Shown: positions 43,669-54,431 of the stretch, in pieces | Numbering within the stretch: the stretch's first letter is position 1 | Layout of the letters: each line of letters begins with the position of its first letter | Assembly (NCBI GenBank): GCA_963701855.1 | Contig: CAVPBK010000011.1 | Coordinates: 1 to 64,000 of the forward strand | DNA: 64,000 bases | From: Nitrospirota bacterium | GTDB taxonomy: Bacteria; Nitrospirota; Nitrospiria; Nitrospirales; Nitrospiraceae | Direction: 5' to 3' | The notes under the pieces: model-generated | Databases searched by the model: none | Told to the model about the DNA's origin: nothing | Seen by the model: only the letters and a program-made list of their open reading frames with translations | Translations under genes and position numbers: made by a program

Positions 43669-45768
43669 ATGAGCGAGCCACACAGGGAGTCACTCAGAAA
43701 TGTGGTCTTGATCTCCAGTGCCGGTGCCGGGAAGACTTCGCTGGCTGAGGCCATACTCTTTGCCGCCGGCACTGTTCCCCACCTCGGGTCGATCGCACAA
43801 GGCACGACTGTCTCGGACTTCGAGCCGGAAGAATTGCACCGGCGCAGTTCCGTCAGTACCAGTCTCCTCCGTTGTTCATGGAATCACACCACCATCAATC
43901 TCGTCGATCCCCCCGGCGCGTTGAGTCTGCTCGGGGAGACAGTTATGGCATTGCGAGCGGTAGACGCTGTGATTCTGGTGGTAGGCGCCTCGTCGGGGAT
44001 TCGGAGCGAACTTGTCAGAATCTGGGCTCGCGTTACAGCGCTTGGTTTGCCCTGTCTGCTGTTCCTCAACGAAATGGATAAAGACGGCGTCTCCCTCGAT
44101 GAGGTTGCCGCGATGTGTCAGCGCGATCTTGGAATCATGCCATTGCCGATGTCGTTGCCCTATGGCAGTGGCGCCCAGCTTAAAGGGGTGCTGGATCTCG
44201 CTCAACAACGTGTGATCACTTCGCGCACGGAGAGCCCCACAATTCAGCAGTTGTCAATACCGGAACAGGAGCAGACCCTGGTCACTGATGCACGGAAGCG
44301 CATTCAAGAGGGAGTGGCTGAGCGTGATGATCGATTATTGGAACAATATCTCGCTCTGGGGGAGTTGACGAAGGAGGACCTGACCGATGGCCTTCGTCTT
44401 GGCGTCCAGGCAGGCCTGATCATCCCGCTCTACAGCGGGTCCGCTATCAGGAATATCGGGATTGTTCCGCTCCTCAATGCGATCGTCGACTTGTTGCCAT
44501 CGCCGATGGACCAGGCAGTGAAAATACCGCTGGAAGGCCTGCGTCCAGATACGGGAGAGGCGGTGAGTCGCCGTGCCGTTCAAGAAGATCCATTTTCAGG
44601 GATCGTCTTCAAGACGCTGATTGACCCGTTTGTCGGGAGACTATCTTATATGCGGGTCTTGTCAGGGGCTCTTCATGCAGACTCCATGGTCTTCAACAGT
44701 TCGCGGGGCGGCAAAGAGAAAAGCGGACATCTTTATACGCTGTTAGGAAAGAAACACACGTCCGTGCCTTCGGCCAGCGCTGGGGATATCGTAGCCATTG
44801 GGAAACTCAAAGATACGCAAACTGGCGACACCCTCTGTGATGAACAAGCTCCCATTTGCTATCCGAAGACGGCGTTACCGCGGCCTGTGCTGTCCTTTGC
44901 GATCGAGCCAAAGTCCAACGCCGATATCGAGAAAATCAGTCTTGGCCTGCATAAATTGATCGAAGAAGATCCGACGCTAGAATTTTCACGGCATGCCGAC
45001 ACGAAAGAAATAGTGTTAAGTGGGATGGGCCAGTTACACATCGATCTTGCGCTTGAAAAATTGCACCGCAAATACGGTGCGGACGTGGTGCTTCATATGC
45101 CGAAAATTCCGTATCATGAAACCATTCGCACCACGGCGCAGGCGCAGGGAAAATATAAGAAGCAAACCGGCGGGCATGGCCAGTACGGTGATTGCTGGCT
45201 GGAGCTCGCGCCTCTGCCGCGCGGGGAGGGCTTCAAGTTTGAGAACAAGGTGGTCGGCGGGGCCATTCCACGCAACTTTATTGCAGCCGTAGAGAAGGGA
45301 GTGGTCGAAGCCATGCGCCACGGAGGTTTGGCTGGGTTTCCTGTCGTCGATTGCCGGGTGATGGTCTATGATGGGTCGTACCATGCTGTGGACTCTTCTG
45401 AGATGGCATTTAAGATCGCCGCATCGATGGGGTTCAAGAAAGCGTTGGAAACAGCCAATTCTATCTTGCTAGAGCCGATTATGACCGTGGAAATCGAGGC
45501 GCCGGCGGATCACATCGGAGGTGTGATCGGAGACTTGAATGCACGCCGTGGACGGATTCTCCATGTGGAGGCAAAAGACCAGACGGAGCAGATCACAGCC
45601 CTTGTGCCCATGGCGGAGATGCTCACGTATGCCACGATGCTGAATTCGCTCACGGCAGGACGTGGCAGTTATGCAATGGAATTCGCGCGGTACGATGAAG
45701 TGCCGCGCGAGCTTGCGGTTCGAATCATTGAAACGCACAAGGTGGAAACACATGCGGCGGCACATTGA
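43669..45768 (+). CDS. elongation factor G paralogue (EF-G2-like)
   Basis: GAGKTS, SGMGQLH, KQTGGHGQYG, DGSYHAVDSSE; divergent G3/G4 motifs. Confidence 0.9.
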   Translation: MSEPHRESLRNVVLISSAGAGKTSLAEAILFAAGTVPHLGSIAQGTTVSDFEPEELHRRSSVSTSLLRCSWNHTTINLVDPPGALSLLGETVMALRAVDAVILVVGASSGIRSELVRIWARVTALGLPCLLFLNEMDKDGVSLDEVAAMCQRDLGIMPLPMSLPYGSGAQLKGVLDLAQQRVITSRTESPTIQQLSIPEQEQTLVTDARKRIQEGVAERDDRLLEQYLALGELTKEDLTDGLRLGVQAGLIIPLYSGSAIRNIGIVPLLNAIVDLLPSPMDQAVKIPLEGLRPDTGEAVSRRAVQEDPFSGIVFKTLIDPFVGRLSYMRVLSGALHADSMVFNSSRGGKEKSGHLYTLLGKKHTSVPSASAGDIVAIGKLKDTQTGDTLCDEQAPICYPKTALPRPVLSFAIEPKSNADIEKISLGLHKLIEEDPTLEFSRHADTKEIVLSGMGQLHIDLALEKLHRKYGADVVLHMPKIPYHETIRTTAQAQGKYKKQTGGHGQYGDCWLELAPLPRGEGFKFENKVVGGAIPRNFIAAVEKGVVEAMRHGGLAGFPVVDCRVMVYDGSYHAVDSSEMAFKIAASMGFKKALETANSILLEPIMTVEIEAPADHIGGVIGDLNARRGRILHVEAKDQTEQITALVPMAEMLTYATMLNSLTAGRGSYAMEFARYDEVPRELAVRIIETHKVETHAAAH

Positions 45769-45871
45769 CCGATCATCTGGTCTGTTCAGTCTGTCTGGTC
45801 TATCTGGTTAGCTTCGCTGAACTAAATACATGAGAAAGACCGAATAGACCAGATAGGCCAGACAGACCGGG

Positions 45872-47254
45872 CTAGTCGGCCGGTTTAAGCACCACGTAGA
45901 AAGCGCGGCTTTCTCTCAGCACACGGAGCAGAACGGTTTCGTCTCGTCGGACCTTCGAGAGTGCGTTGCTAAATTCTCCGACTGATCCCACCTCGACACG
46001 ATTCACTTCCTTGATGAGATCACCTTCGTGAAGGCCTTCCGATTGGGCGAGGCTTCCGGGCTCCACTTTGCTAATGAGCACGCCCCGGTTTTCTCGCAGC
46101 TTGAATTTATCGGCGAGCCCCTGAGTCAGATCTTGCACATCAAAGCCTAGCTTGACTTCAGTGCGGGCCTGGGGGAGCGAGGTGCTAATCGCGTGGTCCC
46201 GACGTTCGATAAGAGCGATGTCCAGCACCATGCGCTGCTGATCGCGAACGATCTCAACTTTTGTCGTCGACCCGGGAAGTAATCCCGCCACGACGCGAGA
46301 GAGCCGGTTCGGCGTGTCAATCACGGTGCCGTCAATTCGAGTCAGGATGTCGCCGGGTTTGATGCCGGCTGCCGCAGCAGGGTCCGTCTCGAAGACTTCG
46401 TTGACCAGGACTCCTTCGCCTTCGTTGACACCGAACTTGCGTGCTAACTCCACCGTAAGCGGTTGAATGCCGACACCCAGCCAGCCGCGTGTCACTCGTC
46501 CCTGTTTCAGTAATTGCTGAATCACCTGCTTGGCCATGTTGGAGGGAATTGCGAACCCGATCCCTTGGGCAAAGTTAATGATGGCGGTATTGATGCCGAT
46601 GATTTCTCCGCGAAGATTAAAGAGCGGGCCGCCTGAATTGCCGGGATTGATCGACGCATCTGTCTGAATAAAATTTTCGTAGCGCGAAAGATTGATGTTT
46701 TCCCGTCCGATCCCGCTGACTACACCGAGCGTGACCGTTCGATCGAGGCCGAAGGGATTTCCCACGGCAAGCACCCATTGGCCAACGCGTACGGCCGACG
46801 AATCCCCGAATTTCGCGCTTGGAAGTGGGTGGTCGGCGGTCACCTTAAGGACGGCTAGGTCTGTATCCAGATCCTTACCGACGACCTGCGCAATTAGCTT
46901 GGACTTGTCGGAAAACCTGACCTCAATTTCCAGCGCATCGCCGATGACATGGTTGTTCGTAACGATATGTCCCTCAGAATCGATGATGACACCGGATCCT
47001 GATCCAGTGGCATTGGGAGCCCGCTCTTGAGACAGCTCTTTCCCTTTTCCTGGTCCGGACAAGGGAAAGAGATTTACGACGGAGGGTTTTGCAGATTCAG
47101 CTAAATCGGTGATGACAGTTTGAATCTCTTCCAGCAGGCGAAGACCAGGAGAGTCCGCCGATCTTGGCGCGGCAGACTCAGCCATGGCGGACGAGTGAAT
47201 ATTAAACGAAACCACGAATACAAGGCTGATAAAGACTTTTAGCGTGCGAGCCAT
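45872..47254 (-). CDS. HtrA/DegQ serine protease with two PDZ domains
   Basis: TNNHV, DLAVL, QTDASINPGNSGG. Confidence 0.95.
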   Translation of the reverse strand: MARTLKVFISLVFVVSFNIHSSAMAESAAPRSADSPGLRLLEEIQTVITDLAESAKPSVVNLFPLSGPGKGKELSQERAPNATGSGSGVIIDSEGHIVTNNHVIGDALEIEVRFSDKSKLIAQVVGKDLDTDLAVLKVTADHPLPSAKFGDSSAVRVGQWVLAVGNPFGLDRTVTLGVVSGIGRENINLSRYENFIQTDASINPGNSGGPLFNLRGEIIGINTAIINFAQGIGFAIPSNMAKQVIQQLLKQGRVTRGWLGVGIQPLTVELARKFGVNEGEGVLVNEVFETDPAAAAGIKPGDILTRIDGTVIDTPNRLSRVVAGLLPGSTTKVEIVRDQQRMVLDIALIERRDHAISTSLPQARTEVKLGFDVQDLTQGLADKFKLRENRGVLISKVEPGSLAQSEGLHEGDLIKEVNRVEVGSVGEFSNALSKVRRDETVLLRVLRESRAFYVVLKPAD

Positions 47255-47403
47255 CTTGTACCCTTCGCGTAATTGTACATCGTGGGAAGCGCGATCGACT
47301 AGGCTGTCTGATGACTAATGTGTTTGAAACTTCGCACTCCGACCTTCAGCCTGCGTCCTTTGGCCACGCCTGTCGCGCACGTCTTGCTTGTCTCGCTCAC
47401 GAT

Positions 47404-48036
47404 TCACACCGACTTGGCGTTCCGAGCTTGAGTGAATTCAGCGGCGACCTGCGCAAGATCTGCCTGTAGACCGACCATGACCAAGACATCGTCCATGCGA
47501 AGTACCAGGACATCGTCTGGCGGCACGAGAAACGGCCCCCGAAGAACAGTGATAAGACGAACCGACATAGGCAGCATCACCTCACCGAGTCTCCTCCCAA
47601 TGACCGGTGACCCCTGAACAATAGGGAGCCGTTCGATGGCCGCCGCACGGAGACTTAGATCCTGTTGCAGGGTCAGGAGCTCGTGGTGAATCGTTTCCAG
47701 CTTAAGCTCACGGATTTGACTGTCGACGCTGAGCAGCGTCTGTTTCAGCTGTTGAATGCGGTCGCCGGCCTGGCCGAGGAAACCTTCCAATTGATCAGAT
47801 GGAGGAATTGACTCGTGACTGAACGGTGGACGCTTGGCACAGAGCCCGGCAATTTGACGTCCGAGGTCGCCGTGTCCCTGTTCGATCTGGCTTAACAAAT
47901 TCGAGGCCTGACTGTGCAAACGAAGAACCTGGACTTTGCGGTTGGCACGTTCGGCAACCGCAAGGATAGTTTCATAGATCGCGCTGCCGGTAATCGAGAG
48001 TTCCTGCTGAATACGACCAAGTAGTTCAAGGGACAT
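47404..48036 (-). CDS. coiled-coil protein with C-terminal TrkA-C (RCK_C) domain
   Basis: GSPVIGRRLGE...LRMDDVLVMVG. Confidence 0.75.
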   Translation of the reverse strand: MSLELLGRIQQELSITGSAIYETILAVAERANRKVQVLRLHSQASNLLSQIEQGHGDLGRQIAGLCAKRPPFSHESIPPSDQLEGFLGQAGDRIQQLKQTLLSVDSQIRELKLETIHHELLTLQQDLSLRAAAIERLPIVQGSPVIGRRLGEVMLPMSVRLITVLRGPFLVPPDDVLVLRMDDVLVMVGLQADLAQVAAEFTQARNAKSV

Positions 48037-48052
48037 AAATCAAAAATCCATT

Positions 48053-48080
48053 GGGTCCGATAATATATATTATGTTAACT
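48053..48080 (+). other. dif-like XerC/XerD recombination site
   Basis: GGGTCCGATAA-TATATA-TTATGTTAACT versus E. coli dif GGTGCGCATAA-TGTATA-TTATGTTAAAT; XerD arm matches 10/11. Confidence 0.85.
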
Positions 48081-48290
48081 CGCTACCGTATATACATGAT
48101 CTCCGTAATTAGACCTTTATCCTACTCCTCCACCTCGGTCAATAGGTACAGGGCTTTCTGTGAAGTCGGCACTGCCCATTCGCCTTCCCAGCCTAGCCTG
48201 TTGACATATTGCGGGCCAAACGGTACATGACGATACATGCAGGATGTTCTTGCTGCTGGCTCTCGTACTCCCTGATCCACACGAAAACCA

Positions 48291-49310
48291 ATGAAGCCCT
48301 GTTCTAAATGCGGAACGCTCAGCTCCCCTCTTTATGGTGAACAGCACTGCCAAGGTTGCTTTCGCATAGAAACTGGGCAAAGTCCTCACTCGTACACGCG
48401 GAAAAGCATGAAGCTGAGTGACTCGATGTCAAAGGACGACTTGGAACGTGAATATGTCAACGAAGGGATGTCGCTAGAGGACATTGCGACAAGATGTAAG
48501 TGCTCCCGTCAGTACATCCTCAAATTGCTTAGAAGGTACAGGATTCCTCGAAGAAACAAGTCGGCGGCTCGAATACTTGCCACTTCCAAAGGAAAAATAT
48601 CGGTTGCGAGGACGGATGCATCCGGAAGCCGCGTGATGGTTCCTCATGTGAGACGGATTGTTGACGAAGATTTCTTCAAGCACTGGACACTGAAGATGGC
48701 CTGGGTATTAGGCGTTATCTATACTGACGGCTGTCTTGTGATGCCACATGGATCAGTCAAAGGTCGGCTCACTCTTTCCCAGAAGGAACCGGAACTGATT
48801 GAAAAAGTGCTGACATTACTGAATAGCAATGCAAAGTTGCTATTCACCCCAAAGAGGGGAATTACCGGTGCCGTACATCGCGTTTCTATTAGCAACGCTG
48901 AAATATACCAAGATCTTCAGAAGTTGGGTGTTACTCCAAGGAAAAGTCTCAGCCTCACCTTCCCTGAAGTACCTGCTCCCCTCGTCAGACATTTTATTCG
49001 AGGCTGCTGGGATGGCGACGGATCCGTCTATTGGGAGGGAGGAGACGCACGAAAACCATGTGCGAGTTTTGTGAGTGGTTCCAAGGAGTTCATAGAACAA
49101 ACTGTGAACCGCTTAGTATCTCTCGGATTACCAGACCGAACTATTTATAAAACAATGCGCAGCAGAAATGTCTCTTATTACTTTCGCTACACGGGTTCTT
49201 CTTGCGCCAAACTATATCGCTTATTTTATGACGGTATTGATGAGAATATGTATCTGTCAAGAAAACATGATCGGTTTCGTAAAATTGGTGAGTGTTTTGA
49301 AGTAACGTAG
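48291..49310 (+). CDS. free-standing LAGLIDADG endonuclease-family protein with N-terminal Cys cluster and HTH
   Basis: two motifs, WVLGVIYTDG and HFIRGCWDGDG; HTH MSLEDIATRCKCSRQYI; visibly AT-richer than the core genes. Confidence 0.85.
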   Translation: MKPCSKCGTLSSPLYGEQHCQGCFRIETGQSPHSYTRKSMKLSDSMSKDDLEREYVNEGMSLEDIATRCKCSRQYILKLLRRYRIPRRNKSAARILATSKGKISVARTDASGSRVMVPHVRRIVDEDFFKHWTLKMAWVLGVIYTDGCLVMPHGSVKGRLTLSQKEPELIEKVLTLLNSNAKLLFTPKRGITGAVHRVSISNAEIYQDLQKLGVTPRKSLSLTFPEVPAPLVRHFIRGCWDGDGSVYWEGGDARKPCASFVSGSKEFIEQTVNRLVSLGLPDRTIYKTMRSRNVSYYFRYTGSSCAKLYRLFYDGIDENMYLSRKHDRFRKIGECFEVT

Positions 49311-49395
49311 AAGAAAGATTCCGATCTGGTCCGCATCCTCTCCTCGCCAGCATTCTACGTGCAGGCCAACCGGAATATATTGTTGCAAGGTGCTA

Positions 49396-50766
49396 TCAAT
49401 TCAATGAATTTAGGCTGCCAGTAGCTCTCGCAAGATTCACACGAGCTGCGTTCAATTGAAACAACGCTTCGACCAGGTTTTCTCTAGCATGGGCCACAGC
49501 CGTGAGTCCATTGGTCAACTCGAAATGGCTTGACGCTGTAATGATGGTGTAGCGTTCTCGTGCCAATTCAAGTTCCTTCAAGGCCGACCTCATGCCAGTC
49601 TGCGCAATACTCACTTGGTCCTTTGCGGCAGTCAAGCCGGCCATTGCGTCGTGCACTTCCATTTTCACATGGTTCAAGATCGATTGGAGTCGAAGCGCTT
49701 CCTGCCGCAATTGGCTGCGGGACTCGGCAATCCGGCCTTCTCGTTGCCCGCCATCAAAAATCGGAATCTGTAGCAGCAGCGCCATATTGTAGGTGTCGAG
49801 GGTGTTACCCCACCGATTCCCGATCTGACCGTAATCCCCCTGTGCCACAAGCGACGGCAGGCGCTCCCCTGTGATGGAGGAATAGGTCAGTTCGGTAGCC
49901 CGCACGCGTGTCGCCTGAGCCACAACCTCTGGCCGCTGTTTTAAGGCATCCTCAACCGCAGCCTGAACAGCCGGCTGGTCGAGCACGTCAGGGCGAAATT
50001 CATCTGTCAAGACCACCGGTGTTTCATAGGGGAGCGCCAGCAGATTGAGAAGATTCAGCTTGGCGCGCTCGACAGCATATTGTGAGACAGATGTCTGCTG
50101 TCGCTCGCCGGCGAGTTGCGCGTCGAGCCGTGCGAGGTCAAGGCCGGTCGCGGCGCCCAGGCGTTGGCGCTGTTTAATGAGCCCCAGTAGATCAATCATG
50201 ACCTGCTGGTTCGCCTCATGCATCTTCACCATGCCCATGGCTTTCAAACCTTCCATATAGCTGAGTGCCACGCTGGCCATCGTGTCAAACTTTCGACTCT
50301 CGGATTCCGACTCGCTGACATGGAGCATTTCACGTGAGGCACGCCAGCGCTGAATCAAGCTGACGCTCAGAAGATTTTGTGTCGCGTTGATCCGCGCATC
50401 GAAAATGCTAAAAGGGTCGCTCACGTTAGGATTGAGCCCGAAGGAGCCTCGAAATACCGTCTGTCTGCTTTGCCGGACGCTAGAGGAGAGGTTCGGCAAC
50501 ATTGTTCCCAATTGCGTTTGCATTTGTCCGCGGGCTGCTTCGATCCGCTCCCTATAGAGGAGCACATCGGGGTTGTTATCAACCGCCGCAGCCAATGCGC
50601 CGCGCAAGGTCAAACTCAAAGGTTGAAGCGGCGCCGATGGCGAGTCCAGCCTGCTCTCTCCTCCTCCAACTGCGCCCTCAGCTTGGGAAAACAATCCAAG
50701 GAATGCTGGGACAAGAGCAGAAACTAAAATGACAGAATAAATATTATAAATCAGTAACTTGATCAT
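49396..50766 (-). CDS. TolC-family outer membrane protein of the T1SS
   Basis: AVDNNPD, LKQRPEV, IPIFDGG; overlaps the HlyD stop. Confidence 0.9.
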   Translation of the reverse strand: MIKLLIYNIYSVILVSALVPAFLGLFSQAEGAVGGGESRLDSPSAPLQPLSLTLRGALAAAVDNNPDVLLYRERIEAARGQMQTQLGTMLPNLSSSVRQSRQTVFRGSFGLNPNVSDPFSIFDARINATQNLLSVSLIQRWRASREMLHVSESESESRKFDTMASVALSYMEGLKAMGMVKMHEANQQVMIDLLGLIKQRQRLGAATGLDLARLDAQLAGERQQTSVSQYAVERAKLNLLNLLALPYETPVVLTDEFRPDVLDQPAVQAAVEDALKQRPEVVAQATRVRATELTYSSITGERLPSLVAQGDYGQIGNRWGNTLDTYNMALLLQIPIFDGGQREGRIAESRSQLRQEALRLQSILNHVKMEVHDAMAGLTAAKDQVSIAQTGMRSALKELELARERYTIITASSHFELTNGLTAVAHARENLVEALFQLNAARVNLARATGSLNSLN

Positions 50767-52154
50767 CGTTCCCTGAGGCTTTCCTTCACAGATTTTAGTA
50801 AGGGGCTCAGAAGATACTCAATCACGCGGCGCTGGCCAGTCTTGATCTCAACAGTAACCGCCATGCCTGGTGTCAGATTGACCTCCCTCCCCTCCACATG
50901 GATGGTGAAGCGATCCATGCTGACCCTGGTGGGATAGACCAGCCCAACCTTTTCAATCGACGCGGCATCGTCCGACACACTCAACACTTTCCCTGGAATT
51001 GTGCCGTACAGGGTGAAGGGAAAAGTCTCGACCTTGATCTCGACAATCTGGCCGTTCTTCACAAACCCCACATCCTTATTCTCTACCTGAGCCGCCACTT
51101 CCACGGGATGGTCCTGCGGAACCACGATTAGAAGTTCCTGTGCCGGAGTGACGACTCCTCCCACCGTGTGGACAGCCAACTGCTGCACGACGCCATCGAT
51201 CGGAGTGGTCAATCGTTGGAGATCAACCTTCTGTCCGGCCTTCGTGACGTCCTGCGTGAGCGACGAGGCCTTAATTTCCAGAGTAGACAGTTCCGCCTGT
51301 TTCGACTGCTGAAACTCCGAAACGAGCGCGTGGTAGTTGGTCTCTGCTTCCGAGAGCGCCGACTGGTCTTGATGCAGCTTCTTGCGCTGCCCGGCAAGTT
51401 CTTGAGTTTTGTCGATCCGTTGTTGTTCTGCTTGAAGAAAGTCCAGCTTGGTCGCGGCATCGTGCTCCAACAGTTTCTTGAAGGCGTCGGCACGCTCTGC
51501 CTCCATGGGGACCGTCGCTTCAAGCCGTTGGATATTTTCCTTCGTTTGGTCGAGCGCGGCCTTTCGCTGACCGATTAAATGTTGCGCGGTGCCGACTCTG
51601 GCCTGATACTCCGCAAGTTGATCGCGAAGGAGCTGGCGTTGCAGCAGGACATGTTGGGGATCGCTATCGGCAGGGGCGTCGAATGTGGAGTGGCCGGCAA
51701 TCAGCGCGCGCAAACGAGCCGCGTCAACCTTCGCAGCGCGATATTCATTGAGCGCGCGGTTCTGATCGGCGCGGTTTTGGGTTGAGTCAAGCTCAATCAG
51801 CAGCTCTCCCCGTTTGACGAGCTGCCCATCCTGCACATGAATGGCGGTGATCACGCCAGTCTCATAGGGCTGAATCACCTTAGAGTAACCGCTGGGAATA
51901 ATCTTGCCCTGTGCGGTGGCCACGATGTCGATCCAACCGAGCGAGGCCCACAGTACCGCACTTGCGAACACGGCGATGATGGTCCACAGGATGGCGCGGC
52001 CGATCGGCGAGGGCGGCGCCTGTTGAATTTCCAGCACAGCGGGAAGAAACTCCGTCGAGCGCCCGCCCGGGATTGCACCGAGGGCTTGGCCACGCTCAGC
52101 CTGCCAGGCTGCCTTCCAGACTGTCCAATGACGTGAAAGAACTCCAAATGCCAT
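50763..52154 (-). CDS. hlyD: HlyD-family T1SS membrane fusion protein
   Basis: EFLPAVLEI, ATAQGKIIP, TPIDGVVQQL, PGMAVTVEIKTG. Confidence 0.93.
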   Translation of the reverse strand: MAFGVLSRHWTVWKAAWQAERGQALGAIPGGRSTEFLPAVLEIQQAPPSPIGRAILWTIIAVFASAVLWASLGWIDIVATAQGKIIPSGYSKVIQPYETGVITAIHVQDGQLVKRGELLIELDSTQNRADQNRALNEYRAAKVDAARLRALIAGHSTFDAPADSDPQHVLLQRQLLRDQLAEYQARVGTAQHLIGQRKAALDQTKENIQRLEATVPMEAERADAFKKLLEHDAATKLDFLQAEQQRIDKTQELAGQRKKLHQDQSALSEAETNYHALVSEFQQSKQAELSTLEIKASSLTQDVTKAGQKVDLQRLTTPIDGVVQQLAVHTVGGVVTPAQELLIVVPQDHPVEVAAQVENKDVGFVKNGQIVEIKVETFPFTLYGTIPGKVLSVSDDAASIEKVGLVYPTRVSMDRFTIHVEGREVNLTPGMAVTVEIKTGQRRVIEYLLSPLLKSVKESLRER

Positions 52155-52235
52155 GTGACCTCAGTTCATCGATAGTCTGTCTGGTCTCTCTGGTTTGTCT
52201 GGTATCGGACAGATAGATAAGACAACGACAGACCC

Positions 52236-54431
52236 TTATCCCTCACGAGGTACCGCCGCAGAGCCATCCTGATGCGATTGCAGCCTGGCATAGAACCCCT
52301 TCATGCGCAGCAACTCCTCGTGCGAGCCCTGTTCGACAATCTCGCCCTTTTCCACCACGTAAATCCGATGCGCCGGCCGCACCGTGCTCAGCCGATGGGC
52401 AATGATGAAGACTGTGCGCCCCCGACTGATCTGCGCCATGTTTTGCTGAATGATGGCTTCCGATTCATAGTCCAATGCGCTCGTGGCTTCATCGAAGATC
52501 AGGATGCGCGGGTTCGCGACCAAGGCCCTGGCAATCGCAATTCGCTGGCGTTGTCCCCCGGAGAGTGAGCAGCCATGCTCTCCCACCATCATGTCATAGC
52601 CCTGTGGCAATTCCAGAATGAATTCGTGTGCCCCGGCCAACTTGGCTGCCTGGATCACCTGCTCCATAGCCAACCCCGGATCGGTCAATGCAATGTTGTC
52701 GCGCACAGAGCAATTGAAGAGAAAGTTTTCTTGGAGTACTACTCCCACCTGTCGGCGGAGCCAGGCCGGGTCCACCTGCGCGAGATCCACACCATCCACG
52801 AGAATACGCCCGCGCTCCGGCACATAGAGCCGTTGAACCAACTTGGCGAGGGTACTCTTGCCGGACCCGGACCGCCCGACAAGCCCGATTACCTGGCCTG
52901 GCGTCACCGAGAAGGACACCTTGCGTAAGATTTCCGAGCCATCTGGGCGATAGCGAAAGGTCACATCGTCGAACACGACATGTCCCTTGACTTGGGGGAG
53001 CGTGGTTCGATTCGGGTTGTAGGAAGGCTCCGGTTGGGTGTTGAGCACGTCACCCAGCCGCTGCACCGAGATGCCGACTTGCTGAAACTCCTGCCACAGA
53101 TTGACGAGACGCAACAGGGGGCCGGTCACTTGTGCCGAGAGCATGGTGAAGGCAATCAATTGCCCGATGGTGAGATCTCCTCCGATGACCCGATAGGCCC
53201 CTACCCACAGGACCGCCACCGTGGTGATTTTTTGAATGCCGGAGCCCACCTGCCCGGCCACGGTCATCAAGCTGGTGGCACGGAAACTCGCCCGCACATA
53301 ACCCGCCAGTTGTTCTTCCCACTTGCGTAGGAGGGGCGGCTCGACGGCCAACGCCTTCACCGTTTGGATGCCGTTGATCGCCTCCACGAGGAAGGACTGA
53401 TTGTCTGCGCCACGGTTGAATTTCTCATTCAGCCTGGCGCGGATGGCCGGGGTAATGAACACAGACAAGAGGGCATAGAGGGGCAATGAAGCCATCACGA
53501 CCAGCGTAAGAATGGGGCTGTAGAACCACATGACGGCGAGGAATACGACGGTAAACAGCAGGTCGAGCACCACCGTGACCGAATGGCTCGTCAAAAACTG
53601 GCGAATATGCTCCAGTTCACGCACCCGGGCCACCGTGTCCCCTACCCGTCGCGCCTCGAAATAGGCCAGCGGGAGGGCCAGGACATGGCGGAATAACTGC
53701 GCGCCGAGACCGACATCGATCCGGTTCGACGTATGGGTAAAGAGATAGGTGCGCATCCCACCCAAGACTGCATCGAAGAGCGCGAGGGCAATCATGCCGA
53801 TGGCCAGCACATGAAGTGTCGTGAACCCCTTGTGGACGAGCACCTTATCGATCACAACTTGAGTGAAGAGCGGCGTCAGCAGGGCAAAGAGTTGTAAGAA
53901 GAACGACGCGACAAACACCTCGCCGAGAAGCCTGCGGTATTTGACGATGGCAGGGATGAACCAGGTGAAATCGAACTTCAGATCTTGAAGCCGAAGATTG
54001 GCCCGTTTGGCGAACAATAATAATTGTCCCGTCCAGGCCGATTCGAACTGCTCGCGAGAGAGTACGAGCGGACGCGCTTCGGTGGGATCTTGAACGAGAA
54101 CCTTCTCTCCTTCGAGCTTCGCGAGCACAACATAGCGACCATCGGTTCGCTTCGCCAGAGCTGGAAGCGGAATCCCGCCGAGCTTGTTCCAGTCGGCGGA
54201 CTTCTGGCCGGCCTTGAGCCCGAGGTGCTTGGCAGCCCGGAGCAGATCGGTATCAGAGAGCGGTTGCCCGGACTGGGCGAACTGATGGCGCAGCTGCGAT
54301 CCATCAGCCGGCAAATCATAAAAACGGGCCAGGATCAACAGGCAGATCAGGCCCGTGTCCGTGACCCCCGTGATGGCAGATGGCGGTGTTGAATCAGAAG
54401 GAGGAGGGATCCTCTCTACATCCGCTGGCAT
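52236..54431 (-). CDS. hlyB: HlyB-family T1SS ABC transporter (C39-like domain + TMD + NBD)
   Basis: FDFTWFIPA, GRSGSGKST, LSGGQRQR, DEATSALD. Confidence 0.95.
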   Translation of the reverse strand: MPADVERIPPPSDSTPPSAITGVTDTGLICLLILARFYDLPADGSQLRHQFAQSGQPLSDTDLLRAAKHLGLKAGQKSADWNKLGGIPLPALAKRTDGRYVVLAKLEGEKVLVQDPTEARPLVLSREQFESAWTGQLLLFAKRANLRLQDLKFDFTWFIPAIVKYRRLLGEVFVASFFLQLFALLTPLFTQVVIDKVLVHKGFTTLHVLAIGMIALALFDAVLGGMRTYLFTHTSNRIDVGLGAQLFRHVLALPLAYFEARRVGDTVARVRELEHIRQFLTSHSVTVVLDLLFTVVFLAVMWFYSPILTLVVMASLPLYALLSVFITPAIRARLNEKFNRGADNQSFLVEAINGIQTVKALAVEPPLLRKWEEQLAGYVRASFRATSLMTVAGQVGSGIQKITTVAVLWVGAYRVIGGDLTIGQLIAFTMLSAQVTGPLLRLVNLWQEFQQVGISVQRLGDVLNTQPEPSYNPNRTTLPQVKGHVVFDDVTFRYRPDGSEILRKVSFSVTPGQVIGLVGRSGSGKSTLAKLVQRLYVPERGRILVDGVDLAQVDPAWLRRQVGVVLQENFLFNCSVRDNIALTDPGLAMEQVIQAAKLAGAHEFILELPQGYDMMVGEHGCSLSGGQRQRIAIARALVANPRILIFDEATSALDYESEAIIQQNMAQISRGRTVFIIAHRLSTVRPAHRIYVVEKGEIVEQGSHEELLRMKGFYARLQSHQDGSAAVPREG

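Noticed and set aside
48100..49395. group I intron or intein hosting the LAGLIDADG ORF
   Set aside because: No interrupted host gene and no recognisable intron core or intein terminal residues.
49365..49395. second dif site (GGAATATATTGTTGCAAGG) closing a small cassette
   Set aside because: The match to the XerD arm is too poor to support.
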